From a virus (Duplodnaviria; Caudoviricetes), in IMG/VR virus record IMGVR_UViG_3300017764_000001: DNA of 64,000 nucleotides; one strand, given 5' to 3'. Position 1 is the stretch's first letter. Each line of letters opens with the position of its first letter. This document shows positions 8,634-16,216 of the stretch, in pieces. The notes under the pieces are model-generated. The model did no database searches, was not told the origin of the DNA, and saw only the letters and a list, made by a program, of their open reading frames with translations. A program made the translations under genes and the position numbers.

Positions 8634-9085
8634 GTAGTGTCGGTTACGCTGATAACTTCCGTTGTTCTTTGAATCACAGTCTGGTTTGTTATACCAGGAC
8701 CTTGATAGGTCGTCGTGAACTGAAATGATTTTCCGGGATCTGTTATTGTGAAGTTTGAATTGTTGAAGTTCAATCCAGTTGCGGAACTTGTAACTGTTCC
8801 TTCTATTCCTCCCATGGGAGTCACCACCACATTGTTGGTTGTCGTTGGAGGCAGAAGTGCTGCTCCGTTGTTGGAAACATTTGTTCCAGATACTGTATAT
8901 TGCCATCCTGTAGCATAGTCTATGGAGTTGATTGTCTCAGTTTGTTTTGAAGTCGTTTCAGTGTGGCTGGTCATGGATCCCTGAGTAAAGTTGGGAACCA
9001 CGGGTACGGAATAAGCAGGTTGTACTAATCCGTGAATAACCCCAAGAATCAATCCGAGACCGATTGCTTCTTGTAGTTTTGTCAT
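8615..9085 (-). CDS. Secreted Thr/Asn-rich beta-strand hypothetical protein
   Basis: Signal/TM region then VPVVPNFTQGSMTSHTET. Confidence 0.8.
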   Translation of the reverse strand: MTKLQEAIGLGLILGVIHGLVQPAYSVPVVPNFTQGSMTSHTETTSKQTETINSIDYATGWQYTVSGTNVSNNGAALLPPTTTNNVVVTPMGGIEGTVTSSATGLNFNNSNFTITDPGKSFQFTTTYQGPGITNQTVIQRTTEVISVTDTTSIFTQ

Positions 9086-9582
9086 TAATCTATCACCGTG
9101 ATCTCACTTACAAATTGTCCTATCGCACTTGTACCAGCTCCGCCAGCAGTCATTGTAATACCACCGTCTGTTGCAATAGTACCTGCTAAGGTGTCTTTTG
9201 TTCCAGCAGCATAAGAAACTTGACTGGAGAAGTTGCCGACTGCACCTACTGAAGCAGCTGAAGTTGGAACTGCATCACCTTGTATATATGAAGCACTGAA
9301 AGAGAATGCTTCACCATCAGTTGCTTGTGTCGCAGAAATGTTGCTAGGACTATAGATTCCACTAGATAAAGTTCCAGTGGTGATAGTTCCGGCAGTTGTG
9401 CCATCTGTAGTATTTACATTAGACCCTGATATACTGTACTGAGAACCCAGTCGAGTCGCAGTGGTTCTTGCAGTATCTACGGTAAGTTGGACACTAGATG
9501 ACATTTTATGAACTAATCCGCCAGCATTTGCTGCACCTGCGGTCATCAATATCATACCAAAAGCAATAAATGCCTTTCTCAT
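9085..9582 (-). CDS. Secreted Gly/Thr/Ser-rich hypothetical protein
   Basis: Signal peptide MRKAFIAFGMILMTAGAANA. Confidence 0.8.
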   Translation of the reverse strand: MRKAFIAFGMILMTAGAANAGGLVHKMSSSVQLTVDTARTTATRLGSQYSISGSNVNTTDGTTAGTITTGTLSSGIYSPSNISATQATDGEAFSFSASYIQGDAVPTSAASVGAVGNFSSQVSYAAGTKDTLAGTIATDGGITMTAGGAGTSAIGQFVSEITVID

Positions 9583-9612
9583 CGGTATAGTTTTTTGAAG
9601 AGGATGTGGAAT

Positions 9613-9639
9613 TATTTAGTTTTATAAAATGTCTAAATA
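9613..9639. promoter_or_regulatory. Back-to-back divergent T4-type late promoters
   Basis: TATTTAG at 9613-9619 (CTAAATA on the minus strand) and CTAAATA at 9633-9639, between divergent genes. Confidence 0.6.
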
Positions 9640-9673
9640 GTGCGAATCATGTAATTAGAACTTTATTACTATC

Positions 9674-9910
9674 ATGACTGAACAACAACAACATCTTGCA
9701 AATCTTTTGGAACAGAGAGATGCACTGAGAAGTGATCTTGAAAAACTTCAAGAAACGACCGGAAATAGAAGAGAATTATTTTTTAAAGTACAAGGTGCTA
9801 TCGAATATTTGACACAAATTGGAGTAGAACTTCCAGAACCTGAACCCGAAGCAGAAGTGGCAGAAACGGAAGTGGTAGAAGAATCTGCTCCAAAAAAGAA
9901 AAAGGGTTGA
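9674..9910 (+). CDS. Small coiled-coil hypothetical protein
   Basis: Heptad-rich N-terminus, acidic tail. Confidence 0.7.
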   Translation: MTEQQQHLANLLEQRDALRSDLEKLQETTGNRRELFFKVQGAIEYLTQIGVELPEPEPEAEVAETEVVEESAPKKKKG

Positions 9911-9935
9911 CTCCCTGACCTGGATACCCTATAAT
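9907..9935 (+). promoter_or_regulatory. Sigma70-type promoter for the RNA/tRNA-Arg/talC unit
   Basis: TTGACT-N17-TATAAT. Confidence 0.8.
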
Positions 9936-9994
9936 AACTGAGTTGAGAGGCAAACACGATAAGAGGAACGGCAGACTGTTCCCGCCTCTCACAT

Positions 9995-10068
9995 GACTCA
10001 GTAGCTCAGCTGGATAGAGCAACTGCCTTCTAAGCAGTCGGTCGTAGGTTCAAATCCTACCTGAGTCG
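9995..10068 (+). tRNA. tRNA-Arg(UCU)
   Basis: Acceptor GACTCAG/CTGAGTC, anticodon arm ACTGC-CTTCTAA-GCAGT, T-loop TTCAAAT. Confidence 0.95.
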
Positions 10069-10089
10069 TTGGGAATCGACGGATTCCCA

Positions 10090-10270
10090 TAGGGTGTGAC
10101 AGAACAACGCTTGTGGAGGCACGGCGTAATGTATAATAGGACAGGGGTGGTGCCCGCTGTGTTCGCACAGAACTCTTACCAGGAGGTCCGAAAGTCTGAG
10201 TGACCTATTATCACATCAGTGATTCCCACTCGGTGAAGGTATAATGTATTCCTTCCGCCCACCACAACAC
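10090..10270 (+). ncRNA. Probable manA RNA motif upstream of talC
   Basis: GC-richer non-coding stretch between a tRNA and talC with several helices. Position and sequence resemble my recollection of cyanophage manA RNAs; needs an Rfam scan. Confidence 0.55.
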
Positions 10271-10338
10271 AACCATGGGTAGACATCTCCCCAAAATTGC
10301 AGGTTGGTTCACCTGCTCTTTTCCATATTTTTATTAAA

Positions 10339-10983
10339 ATGAAAATTTTTCTGGATACTGCTGATACTGACGTAATTAAAAAACATTTTGAAACCGGATT
10401 AATTGATGGTATCACCACCAATCCTACTCTGATTATGAAGAGTGGTAAAAATCCTGATGATGTATATCAAGAACTGAAAGATCTTGGAGTTAATGATCTG
10501 AGTATGGAAGTTGTTGGTACTGCAGATGAAATGATTAAAGAGGGACTCAGACTTCGGGAAAAGTTTGGTTTCTGTACGACTGTTAAAGTACCAATGACCA
10601 AAGATGGTCTTGCTGCTTGTCGAGAACTATCATATCAAAATATTCGAGTCAATGTAACTCTGATTTTCTCTGCCGCACAAGCAGTTCTTGCTGCTCGAGC
10701 CGGTGCATATTATGTGTCCCCTTTTGTGGGACGACTTGATGATCAGTCTGTTGCAGGACTTGAAGTGATACGTTCTATTTCTGAACTGTATCGCATTCAT
10801 GGATGTCCGACTCAGGTTCTTTCTGCTTCTATCCGAAGTGTACAAAGAGCAGTGAGGTCATGGTATAATGGAGCACAAGTGGTAACCATGCCACCAAAAG
10901 TCTTTGAAGATATGTACAATCATATTCTTACAGATAAAGGATTGGAAATCTTTGACAAAGACTGGCAATCTGTTGTACAATAG
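10339..10983 (+). CDS. talC: Transaldolase (short TalC/FSA-like)
   Basis: MKIFLDTAD, GITTNPTLI, TVKVP, NVTLIFS, YVSPFVGRLDD. Confidence 0.96.
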   Translation: MKIFLDTADTDVIKKHFETGLIDGITTNPTLIMKSGKNPDDVYQELKDLGVNDLSMEVVGTADEMIKEGLRLREKFGFCTTVKVPMTKDGLAACRELSYQNIRVNVTLIFSAAQAVLAARAGAYYVSPFVGRLDDQSVAGLEVIRSISELYRIHGCPTQVLSASIRSVQRAVRSWYNGAQVVTMPPKVFEDMYNHILTDKGLEIFDKDWQSVVQ

Positions 10984-10998
10984 GCATCTGCCTTTTCT

Positions 10999-11069
10999 GC
11001 GAGTGTGGTGTAGCGGTAACATCCCATCCTTCCAAGTTGGTGTCACGAGTTCGATCCTCGTCACTCGCT
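10999..11069 (+). tRNA. tRNA-Gly(UCC)
   Basis: Acceptor GCGAGTG/CACTCGC, anticodon loop CTTCCAA, T-loop TTCGATC. Confidence 0.93.
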
Positions 11070-11103
11070 TTCGGATTGCCGAATAATCCGAATTTATACC
11101 TAG

Positions 11104-11111
11104 TATAAATA
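11104..11111 (+). promoter_or_regulatory. T4-type late promoter
   Basis: Exact TATAAATA upstream of the porin-like gene. Confidence 0.7.
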
Positions 11112-11216
11112 ATACACCTTTTGTCAAATTGTATCAAAAGGCAACAAACGGGACAAGTCGAGTCCCTATTCATCTGCGGGTAATCACTCCGCAAGTAACT
11201 AAAGAGGTTTTAAAAA

Positions 11217-11582
11217 ATGATCAAATCTGTATTCGCAGCAACTGCTGCTCTGTCTATGTCCGCAGGCGCTGCCCTTGCAGGTCCCTACGTCAACGTGGAA
11301 ACCAATGCTGGTTGGACGGGAGATGACTACACCGGGGCAACTACAGACATTCACGTTGGCTATGAGGGCACTGTTGGTGCTACTGGATATTACGTCCAAG
11401 CGGGTCCTGCCGTGATTGCTGTGGATGGTGTCGAGACCGAAACTCAGTTCTCTGGTAAAGCAGGAGTTGGCGTGCCCGTTACCGATGCTCTCGGAGTCTA
11501 TGGTGAGGTTTCCTTCTTGACTGCCGATGACGAGGATGACTTTGGTCTGGGTGGTAAACTGGGTGTGAAGTATTCCTTCTGA
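11217..11582 (+). CDS. Small outer-membrane beta-barrel (porin-like) protein
   Basis: Signal peptide, alternating amphipathic strands, C-terminal GVKYSF aromatic (BAM-type) signature. Confidence 0.75.
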   Translation: MIKSVFAATAALSMSAGAALAGPYVNVETNAGWTGDDYTGATTDIHVGYEGTVGATGYYVQAGPAVIAVDGVETETQFSGKAGVGVPVTDALGVYGEVSFLTADDEDDFGLGGKLGVKYSF

Positions 11583-11612
11583 GTTTACAACTAAACATCT
11601 AGGTGTTATAAT

Positions 11613-11637
11613 GGGGTGCGACGGCACCCCCTTTTTT
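11613..11637 (+). terminator. Intrinsic terminator
   Basis: GGGGTGC-gacg-GCACCCC followed by T7. Confidence 0.85.
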
Positions 11638-11820
11638 ATGCGTTACCTTTTTCACCCTCTCACTGTCCTAAACTTAACGATCTGTGGATCTCTTGGGGTG
11701 ATTGAATTTGTCCACACTAAAGCACATCACACATTGGAACAGGATGTTCACAGTCACGTCAGTCAAGCACTGAAAAAGAATCCAGAGTTAGCACGAGAAG
11801 CTTGTTGGGAGTTAGAATAA
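11638..11820 (+). CDS. Small hypothetical protein
   Basis: MRYLFHPLTVLNLTICGSLG...; N-terminal hydrophobic segment. Confidence 0.55.
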   Translation: MRYLFHPLTVLNLTICGSLGVIEFVHTKAHHTLEQDVHSHVSQALKKNPELAREACWELE

Positions 11821-11981
11821 TGAAAAAACAATATAAAGAAACTGCAGAATGTAAGAATCTCTATGATATGATTCTTGAGTTACATAAACGTATCGATGAT
11901 CTTGAGTCTAATAATTCGGCAATGATTCGTCTTCTTGGGAACATAGATACTAAGTTAGGAAACCTTTCTAATGAAGATTAA
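11820..11981 (+). CDS. 53-aa hypothetical protein (not in the track)
   Basis: TAATG overlap; MKKQYKETAECKNLYDMILELHKRIDDLE... Confidence 0.55.
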   Translation: MKKQYKETAECKNLYDMILELHKRIDDLESNNSAMIRLLGNIDTKLGNLSNED

Positions 11982-12147
11982 TCTCTGGTATTCAAAGAGT
12001 ATGCAGCAGTGGCGTTGGACTCTATCTGAAGAGTTCAAAAATGGTATCACAAAACTAGAACAACATTCTGGTCAAAGAATCTATCTACGTGATGCCATGG
12101 AAGATGTTGCTGATACCGTTGAATACATTCTTGATAAGAAAAAATGA
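11971..12147 (+). CDS. 58-aa hypothetical protein (not in the track)
   Basis: MKINLWYSKSMQQWRWTLSEE...; overlaps its neighbours at start and stop. Confidence 0.6.
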   Translation: MKINLWYSKSMQQWRWTLSEEFKNGITKLEQHSGQRIYLRDAMEDVADTVEYILDKKK

Positions 12148-12347
12148 ATCCATTGTCTCAATATAAAGAAGGTGGACTTCCAGTTGAACAAACTAATCTT
12201 CTGAGATTAATTAGTGAACTGGAAGGTTCTTCTCAATTATGTAAATGGATGGGATTTATAGATGACATGGAAACCCTTGACAAAATAAAAAGGAAGTATT
12301 ATACTATGTACTTCAAACTCAAAAAAGAACAACGCATTCCTCAGTAG
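12144..12347 (+). CDS. Small hypothetical protein
   Basis: ATGA overlap; stop codon lies inside tRNA-Asn. Confidence 0.6.
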   Translation: MNPLSQYKEGGLPVEQTNLLRLISELEGSSQLCKWMGFIDDMETLDKIKRKYYTMYFKLKKEQRIPQ

Positions 12348-12409
12348 CTCAGCGGCAGAGCCGACGACTGTTAATCGTCTGGTCGTAGGTTCAAATCCTA
12401 CCTGGGGAG
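12338..12409 (+). tRNA. tRNA-Asn(GUU)
   Basis: Acceptor TCCTCAG/CTGGGGA, anticodon arm GACGA-CTGTTAA-TCGTC, T-loop TTCAAAT. Confidence 0.93.
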
Positions 12410-12412
12410 TTT

Positions 12413-12484
12413 GGGAGATTAGCTCAGAGGTAGAGCAACTCGTTTACACCGAGTGGGTCACTGGTTCGATCCCGGTATCTCCCA
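12413..12484 (+). tRNA. tRNA-Val(UAC)
   Basis: Acceptor GGGAGAT/ATCTCCC, anticodon CTCG-TTTACAC-CGAG, T-loop TTCGATC. Confidence 0.93.
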
Positions 12485-12492
12485 TATAAATA
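12485..12492 (+). promoter_or_regulatory. T4-type late promoter
   Basis: Exact TATAAATA directly after tRNA-Val. Confidence 0.65.
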
Positions 12493-12522
12493 AGTGAAAA
12501 CTGACGAAGTAATCACTATACA

Positions 12523-12780
12523 ATGGATAATATCCGAGTAAGATGTCGTTCCTGTGGAAAGGAAATAGAGGGACACCTTAATAAAACTGTTTCTTGTGGT
12601 TGTCCAAATATGACGACCATTCGTGGAGATAAGATTTCTGCTGTTGACTTATCTCTTGTTATGATGTTAAACTCTAAGCAACCAAAGACTAAAAAAAGTG
12701 TCTTGTCACAGGAAGATATCCTTTGGCAGGAGCAAAGAAGGCAACGCAAAGTTCGTAAGTTGGACTTTGAAGTTCGGTGA
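12523..12780 (+). CDS. Hypothetical protein with Cys-rich zinc-ribbon-like N-terminus
   Basis: CRSC...CGCPN. Confidence 0.7.
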   Translation: MDNIRVRCRSCGKEIEGHLNKTVSCGCPNMTTIRGDKISAVDLSLVMMLNSKQPKTKKSVLSQEDILWQEQRRQRKVRKLDFEVR

Positions 12781-12998
12781 AAAAACTTTGGGAAATTTGG
12801 AAGTACTCATTAGGAAGTTTCAGTGACACAAAAACAGAAAATTATGATGATTGGGTTGCTATCGTTCGCACCTGTATATTTGTTAGTTACATGGTCACTA
12901 ATATTTTTATTGTATCTGGAGTCATAAGACACTGGAACAATTCGTCAGAGAATGAACACACACTTGACAACAGTGTAGCAGATTGCTACATTAAATAG
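12777..12998 (+). CDS. Small membrane hypothetical protein
   Basis: GTG start overlapping the previous stop; one TM. Confidence 0.6.
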   Translation: MKKLWEIWKYSLGSFSDTKTENYDDWVAIVRTCIFVSYMVTNIFIVSGVIRHWNNSSENEHTLDNSVADCYIK

Positions 12999-13023
12999 TA
13001 TTGTAGACAATCTTTCTACCATT

Positions 13024-13179
13024 ATGCATCCCGACGACTTACAGAACTGGAAAATTATTAAGGAAAAATTTGAGGAAAACGGCACAACAGACAACTTCTA
13101 CTATAAAAGAGCTTGTGCTATTGTAAGAGGAGAACCTGATCCCATGGATAATTTGAAGAATGTCTCACAGGATGGATGA
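13024..13179 (+). CDS. 51-aa hypothetical protein (not in the track)
   Basis: MHPDDLQNWKIIKEKFEENGTTDNFYYKRACAIVRGEPDPM...; TTGACA-N17-TACATT upstream at 12964-12992. Confidence 0.55.
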   Translation: MHPDDLQNWKIIKEKFEENGTTDNFYYKRACAIVRGEPDPMDNLKNVSQDG

Positions 13180-13342
13180 AATAAAACCAGAGCACTACGT
13201 CACAGAAAAACAGTGCCAGGAAATGATCGATAAAGCTATTGACAAACATAATAAAACTGCTACAATTATAAGTGCCATCCTCGGATGTATCCTCCTTGGA
13301 TTTTACTCTCATGGAGTTTTAGCCTTGGTAGGTCGCACATGA
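13160..13342 (+). CDS. Small membrane hypothetical protein
   Basis: C-terminal TM. Confidence 0.6.
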   Translation: MSHRMDEIKPEHYVTEKQCQEMIDKAIDKHNKTATIISAILGCILLGFYSHGVLALVGRT

Positions 13343-13400
13343 TGGCTGCGGTAACTTCCTTTGGTAGGTTCAGAGTTAGCGGCGATAGGAACCTATTTTT

Positions 13401-13477
13401 CGGGACGTAGCTCAGTTTGGTAGAGCACTCGCTTTGGGAGCGAGTGGCCGTAGGTTCAAATCCTATCGTCCCGACCA
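13401..13477 (+). tRNA. tRNA-Pro(UGG), CCA encoded
   Basis: Acceptor CGGGACG/CGTCCCG, anticodon CTCGC-TTTGGGA-GCGAG, followed by ACCA. Confidence 0.95.
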
Positions 13478-13478
13478 C

Positions 13479-13507
13479 TTGACTACATAGTCACAATACC
13501 TTATAAT
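13479..13507 (+). promoter_or_regulatory. Sigma70-type promoter
   Basis: TTGACT-N17-TATAAT. Confidence 0.8.
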
Positions 13508-13529
13508 ATACAGGCAATCAAAACAGACA

Positions 13530-13748
13530 ATGGCACTGACCGAAAAATTTAAGTCTAAAGACATTGGCACTCTTCGTGCTGCAGCAAATGGAGAAATTTT
13601 TCTGGATGTAAAAAATCCAAAGTTGTTCAAAAAAGTCCGTCGTTTTTATGAATCCACAGGAGTAATTTTTTCTGGTGATCCTGGTGATGATTATGAAATG
13701 TTGATGGATTATCTTTACTCTGATCTTGAGGTTGTTGAGGTTATTTGA
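13530..13748 (+). CDS. Cyanophage hypothetical protein
   Basis: 72-aa ORF after a strong promoter. Confidence 0.7.
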   Translation: MALTEKFKSKDIGTLRAAANGEIFLDVKNPKLFKKVRRFYESTGVIFSGDPGDDYEMLMDYLYSDLEVVEVI

Positions 13749-14002
13749 TGAAAGTCGTGAAAAAACCAACCGTTCTTCTTGAACGGTTTCCCTATCGTTA
13801 TATTCAAGTTGGCATCCTAGAAATCAATGGTATGCCAGATTATCGTATTCAAAAAGTAGATTTATATACTGGACGATACCGTGATATGTATCTTTGTGAT
13901 AATGAAATGCAGATAATGACTGCCATGGAAGATCATGATTATACTTGTTGGTTAGATCCTGATGGTGTTCCTGCCTATCGAAAAGATTGTGTGAAGGCTT
14001 GA
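13745..14002 (+). CDS. Cyanophage hypothetical protein
   Basis: 85-aa ORF overlapping the previous stop. Confidence 0.7.
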   Translation: MMKVVKKPTVLLERFPYRYIQVGILEINGMPDYRIQKVDLYTGRYRDMYLCDNEMQIMTAMEDHDYTCWLDPDGVPAYRKDCVKA

Positions 14003-14100
14003 GTCACGGATGGACTATAACAGCACTGGTCGGTGAAGGTCAACCCCTTCAATCCCGTCAGTTTCTTGCTTCTGATTAAAAAGTAAGTGGCGTGCATGGA
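14003..14100 (+). ncRNA. Probable wcaG RNA motif
   Basis: Non-coding structured stretch directly upstream of an NAD-dependent sugar epimerase, the described context of cyanophage wcaG RNAs; needs an Rfam scan. Confidence 0.6.
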
Positions 14101-14108
14101 AAAGTTTA

Positions 14109-14136
14109 AGGAGGGTTGTCATAACCCTCCTTTTTT
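14109..14136 (+). terminator. Intrinsic terminator overlapping a sigma70-like promoter
   Basis: AGGAGGGTT-gtcat-AACCCTCCT plus T-run; TTGTCA(14116)-N17-TATAAT(14139). Confidence 0.8.
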
Positions 14137-14168
14137 AGTATAATACATAATGTAGATTAAAAATTAAA

Positions 14169-15209
14169 ATGTCCGAGTATAAGAAGACAGCACTTGTTCT
14201 CGGTGCTGGTGGATTTATTGGTAGTCATATGGTAAAACGACTCAGGTCTGAGGGATACTGGGTAAGAGGTATTGATTTAAAGTATCCAGAATATGGAGAG
14301 ACCGAAGCAAATGAATTTGTTCAAGGTGATTTAACAGATCGTAATTTTGTAGATAGGGTAATTAGATTCAAGGGATATCTTGGAAATTTTTATGCAAGTG
14401 TACCTGAAAAATATCATTGTCCATTTGATGAGATCTATCAGTTTGCTGCTGATATGGGTGGAGCAGGTTTTGTTTTTACGGGTGATAATGATTCAGACAT
14501 CATGCACAACTCTGTCACCATTAATCTGAATGTTCTTAATGAACAAAGGAAGTTCAATGAAACTGTTGGAAATAAGACTAAGATTTTCTATTCTGGATCA
14601 GCATGTATGTATCCAGAGCATAACCAATTAGACCCCGATAATCCAGATTGCCGTGAAGAATCAGCATACCCAGCAAACCCAGACTCAGAATATGGATGGG
14701 AGAAACTCTTTAGTGAACGACTTTATCTTGCGTATAATCGTAATCATGGCATTCCTATTAGGATTGCTAGATATCACAACATTTTTGGTCCCGAAGGAAC
14801 CTGGGACGGTGGAAGAGAGAAGGCACCAGCTGCAATCTGCCGTAAGGTCGCTTTCCTCCCGAAGGAGGGTGGAGCAATCGAGGTGTGGGGAGATGGCTTA
14901 CAGACTCGTTCCTTCCTGTTCATTGACGAATGCATTGAAGCAACTCGAAGACTGATGGACAGTGACTTTATGGGTCCTGTAAACATTGGTTCTGAAGAAA
15001 TGGTTACTATCAATCAACTGGTTGATATTGCTGCTAAGGTAGCATCTAAAGATGTTCAGAAGATTCATATTGATGGTCCTCTTGGTGTTCGTGGTCGTAA
15101 CTCAAACAATGATCTCATCCGTGAGAAACTTGGTTGGGATTATTCTCAAACTCTTGAAGAAGGTATTCGTAAAACATATACTTGGATTCAATCTCAAATA
15201 AATTTATGA
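14169..15209 (+). CDS. NAD-dependent epimerase, GDP-mannose 3,5-epimerase-like
   Basis: [69 protein letters not shown]. Confidence 0.85.
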   Translation: MSEYKKTALVLGAGGFIGSHMVKRLRSEGYWVRGIDLKYPEYGETEANEFVQGDLTDRNFVDRVIRFKGYLGNFYASVPEKYHCPFDEIYQFAADMGGAGFVFTGDNDSDIMHNSVTINLNVLNEQRKFNETVGNKTKIFYSGSACMYPEHNQLDPDNPDCREESAYPANPDSEYGWEKLFSERLYLAYNRNHGIPIRIARYHNIFGPEGTWDGGREKAPAAICRKVAFLPKEGGAIEVWGDGLQTRSFLFIDECIEATRRLMDSDFMGPVNIGSEEMVTINQLVDIAAKVASKDVQKIHIDGPLGVRGRNSNNDLIREKLGWDYSQTLEEGIRKTYTWIQSQINL

Positions 15210-16216
15210 AAAAGGCATTTATAACTGGAGTTACAGGTCAGGATGGATCCTACCTGGCAGAATTTTTGTTGAGTAAGGGTTACAGGGTATGTGGTATCAA
15301 GAGGAGAAGTTCCTCTTTCAATACTACAAGAATTGATGAGGTATTTGAATCTAATAAAAATTTTGAATTATACTATGGAGATCTTACAGATTCTACAAAT
15401 CTCATTAGTTTAATTCAGAAAATTCAACCTGATGAAATTTACAATTTAGGAGCACAGAGTCATGTAAAAGTATCATTTGAAACTCCAGAGTATACAGCAA
15501 ATAGTGATGCTATGGGAACTCTTCGTATTTTGGAGGCAATACGTATTCTTAAAATGGAGAATACAGTTAAATTTTATCAAGCATCCACTTCTGAAATGTT
15601 TGGTAAAGTTCAACAAATTCCACAGACTGAATTGACTCCTTTCTATCCAAGATCACCTTATGGCGTGGCAAAATTATATGCACACTGGATTACGAAAAAC
15701 TACAGAGAAGCATATGGAATTCATGCAAATTCTGGAATCTTATTTAATCATGAAAGTCCAAGAAGAGGTGAAACTTTTGTGACTAAAAAAATCACAATGG
15801 GATTAAATAAAATTAAAAATGGAAAAGATAATTGTTTACATCTTGGAAATTTAGATGCTAAAAGAGACTGGGGTCATGCTAAAGATTATGTTGAAGCAAT
15901 GTGGCTGATGTTACAGCAGGAAAACCCAGATGATTATGTTATTGCAACAGGTGAACAATATTCAGTTAGAGATTTTGTTGAGGAAGCAGCACTTCATTTT
16001 GGTATGCAAATTACCTGGAGAGGTGAAGGATTAAATGAAATTGGATATGATATCTTTACTGGAAAAGAGATTATTAAAGTTAACTCTAAATATTTCAGAC
16101 CTGCTGAAGTTGAAACTTTATTAGGTGATGCCACCAAGGCAAGGGAAAAATTAGGTTGGATACCTAAAACTTCTTTTAAAAAATTAGTTGAGGAAATGTG
16201 TACTCATGAACAGTAA
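15206..16216 (+). CDS. gmd: GDP-mannose 4,6-dehydratase
   Basis: [54 protein letters not shown]. Confidence 0.96.
   Translation: MKKAFITGVTGQDGSYLAEFLLSKGYRVCGIKRRSSSFNTTRIDEVFESNKNFELYYGDLTDSTNLISLIQKIQPDEIYNLGAQSHVKVSFETPEYTANSDAMGTLRILEAIRILKMENTVKFYQASTSEMFGKVQQIPQTELTPFYPRSPYGVAKLYAHWITKNYREAYGIHANSGILFNHESPRRGETFVTKKITMGLNKIKNGKDNCLHLGNLDAKRDWGHAKDYVEAMWLMLQQENPDDYVIATGEQYSVRDFVEEAALHFGMQITWRGEGLNEIGYDIFTGKEIIKVNSKYFRPAEVETLLGDATKAREKLGWIPKTSFKKLVEEMCTHEQ

Noticed and set aside
11070-11093. Theta/HDV-like ribozyme in tRNA 3' trailers
   Set aside because: The trailers after tRNA-Gly and tRNA-Arg form simple hairpins without the nested double-pseudoknot pattern.
12974-12990. Canonical NtcA site
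   Set aside because: The spacing is GTA-N9-TAC, not N8, so it is reported only as an unassigned palindrome.
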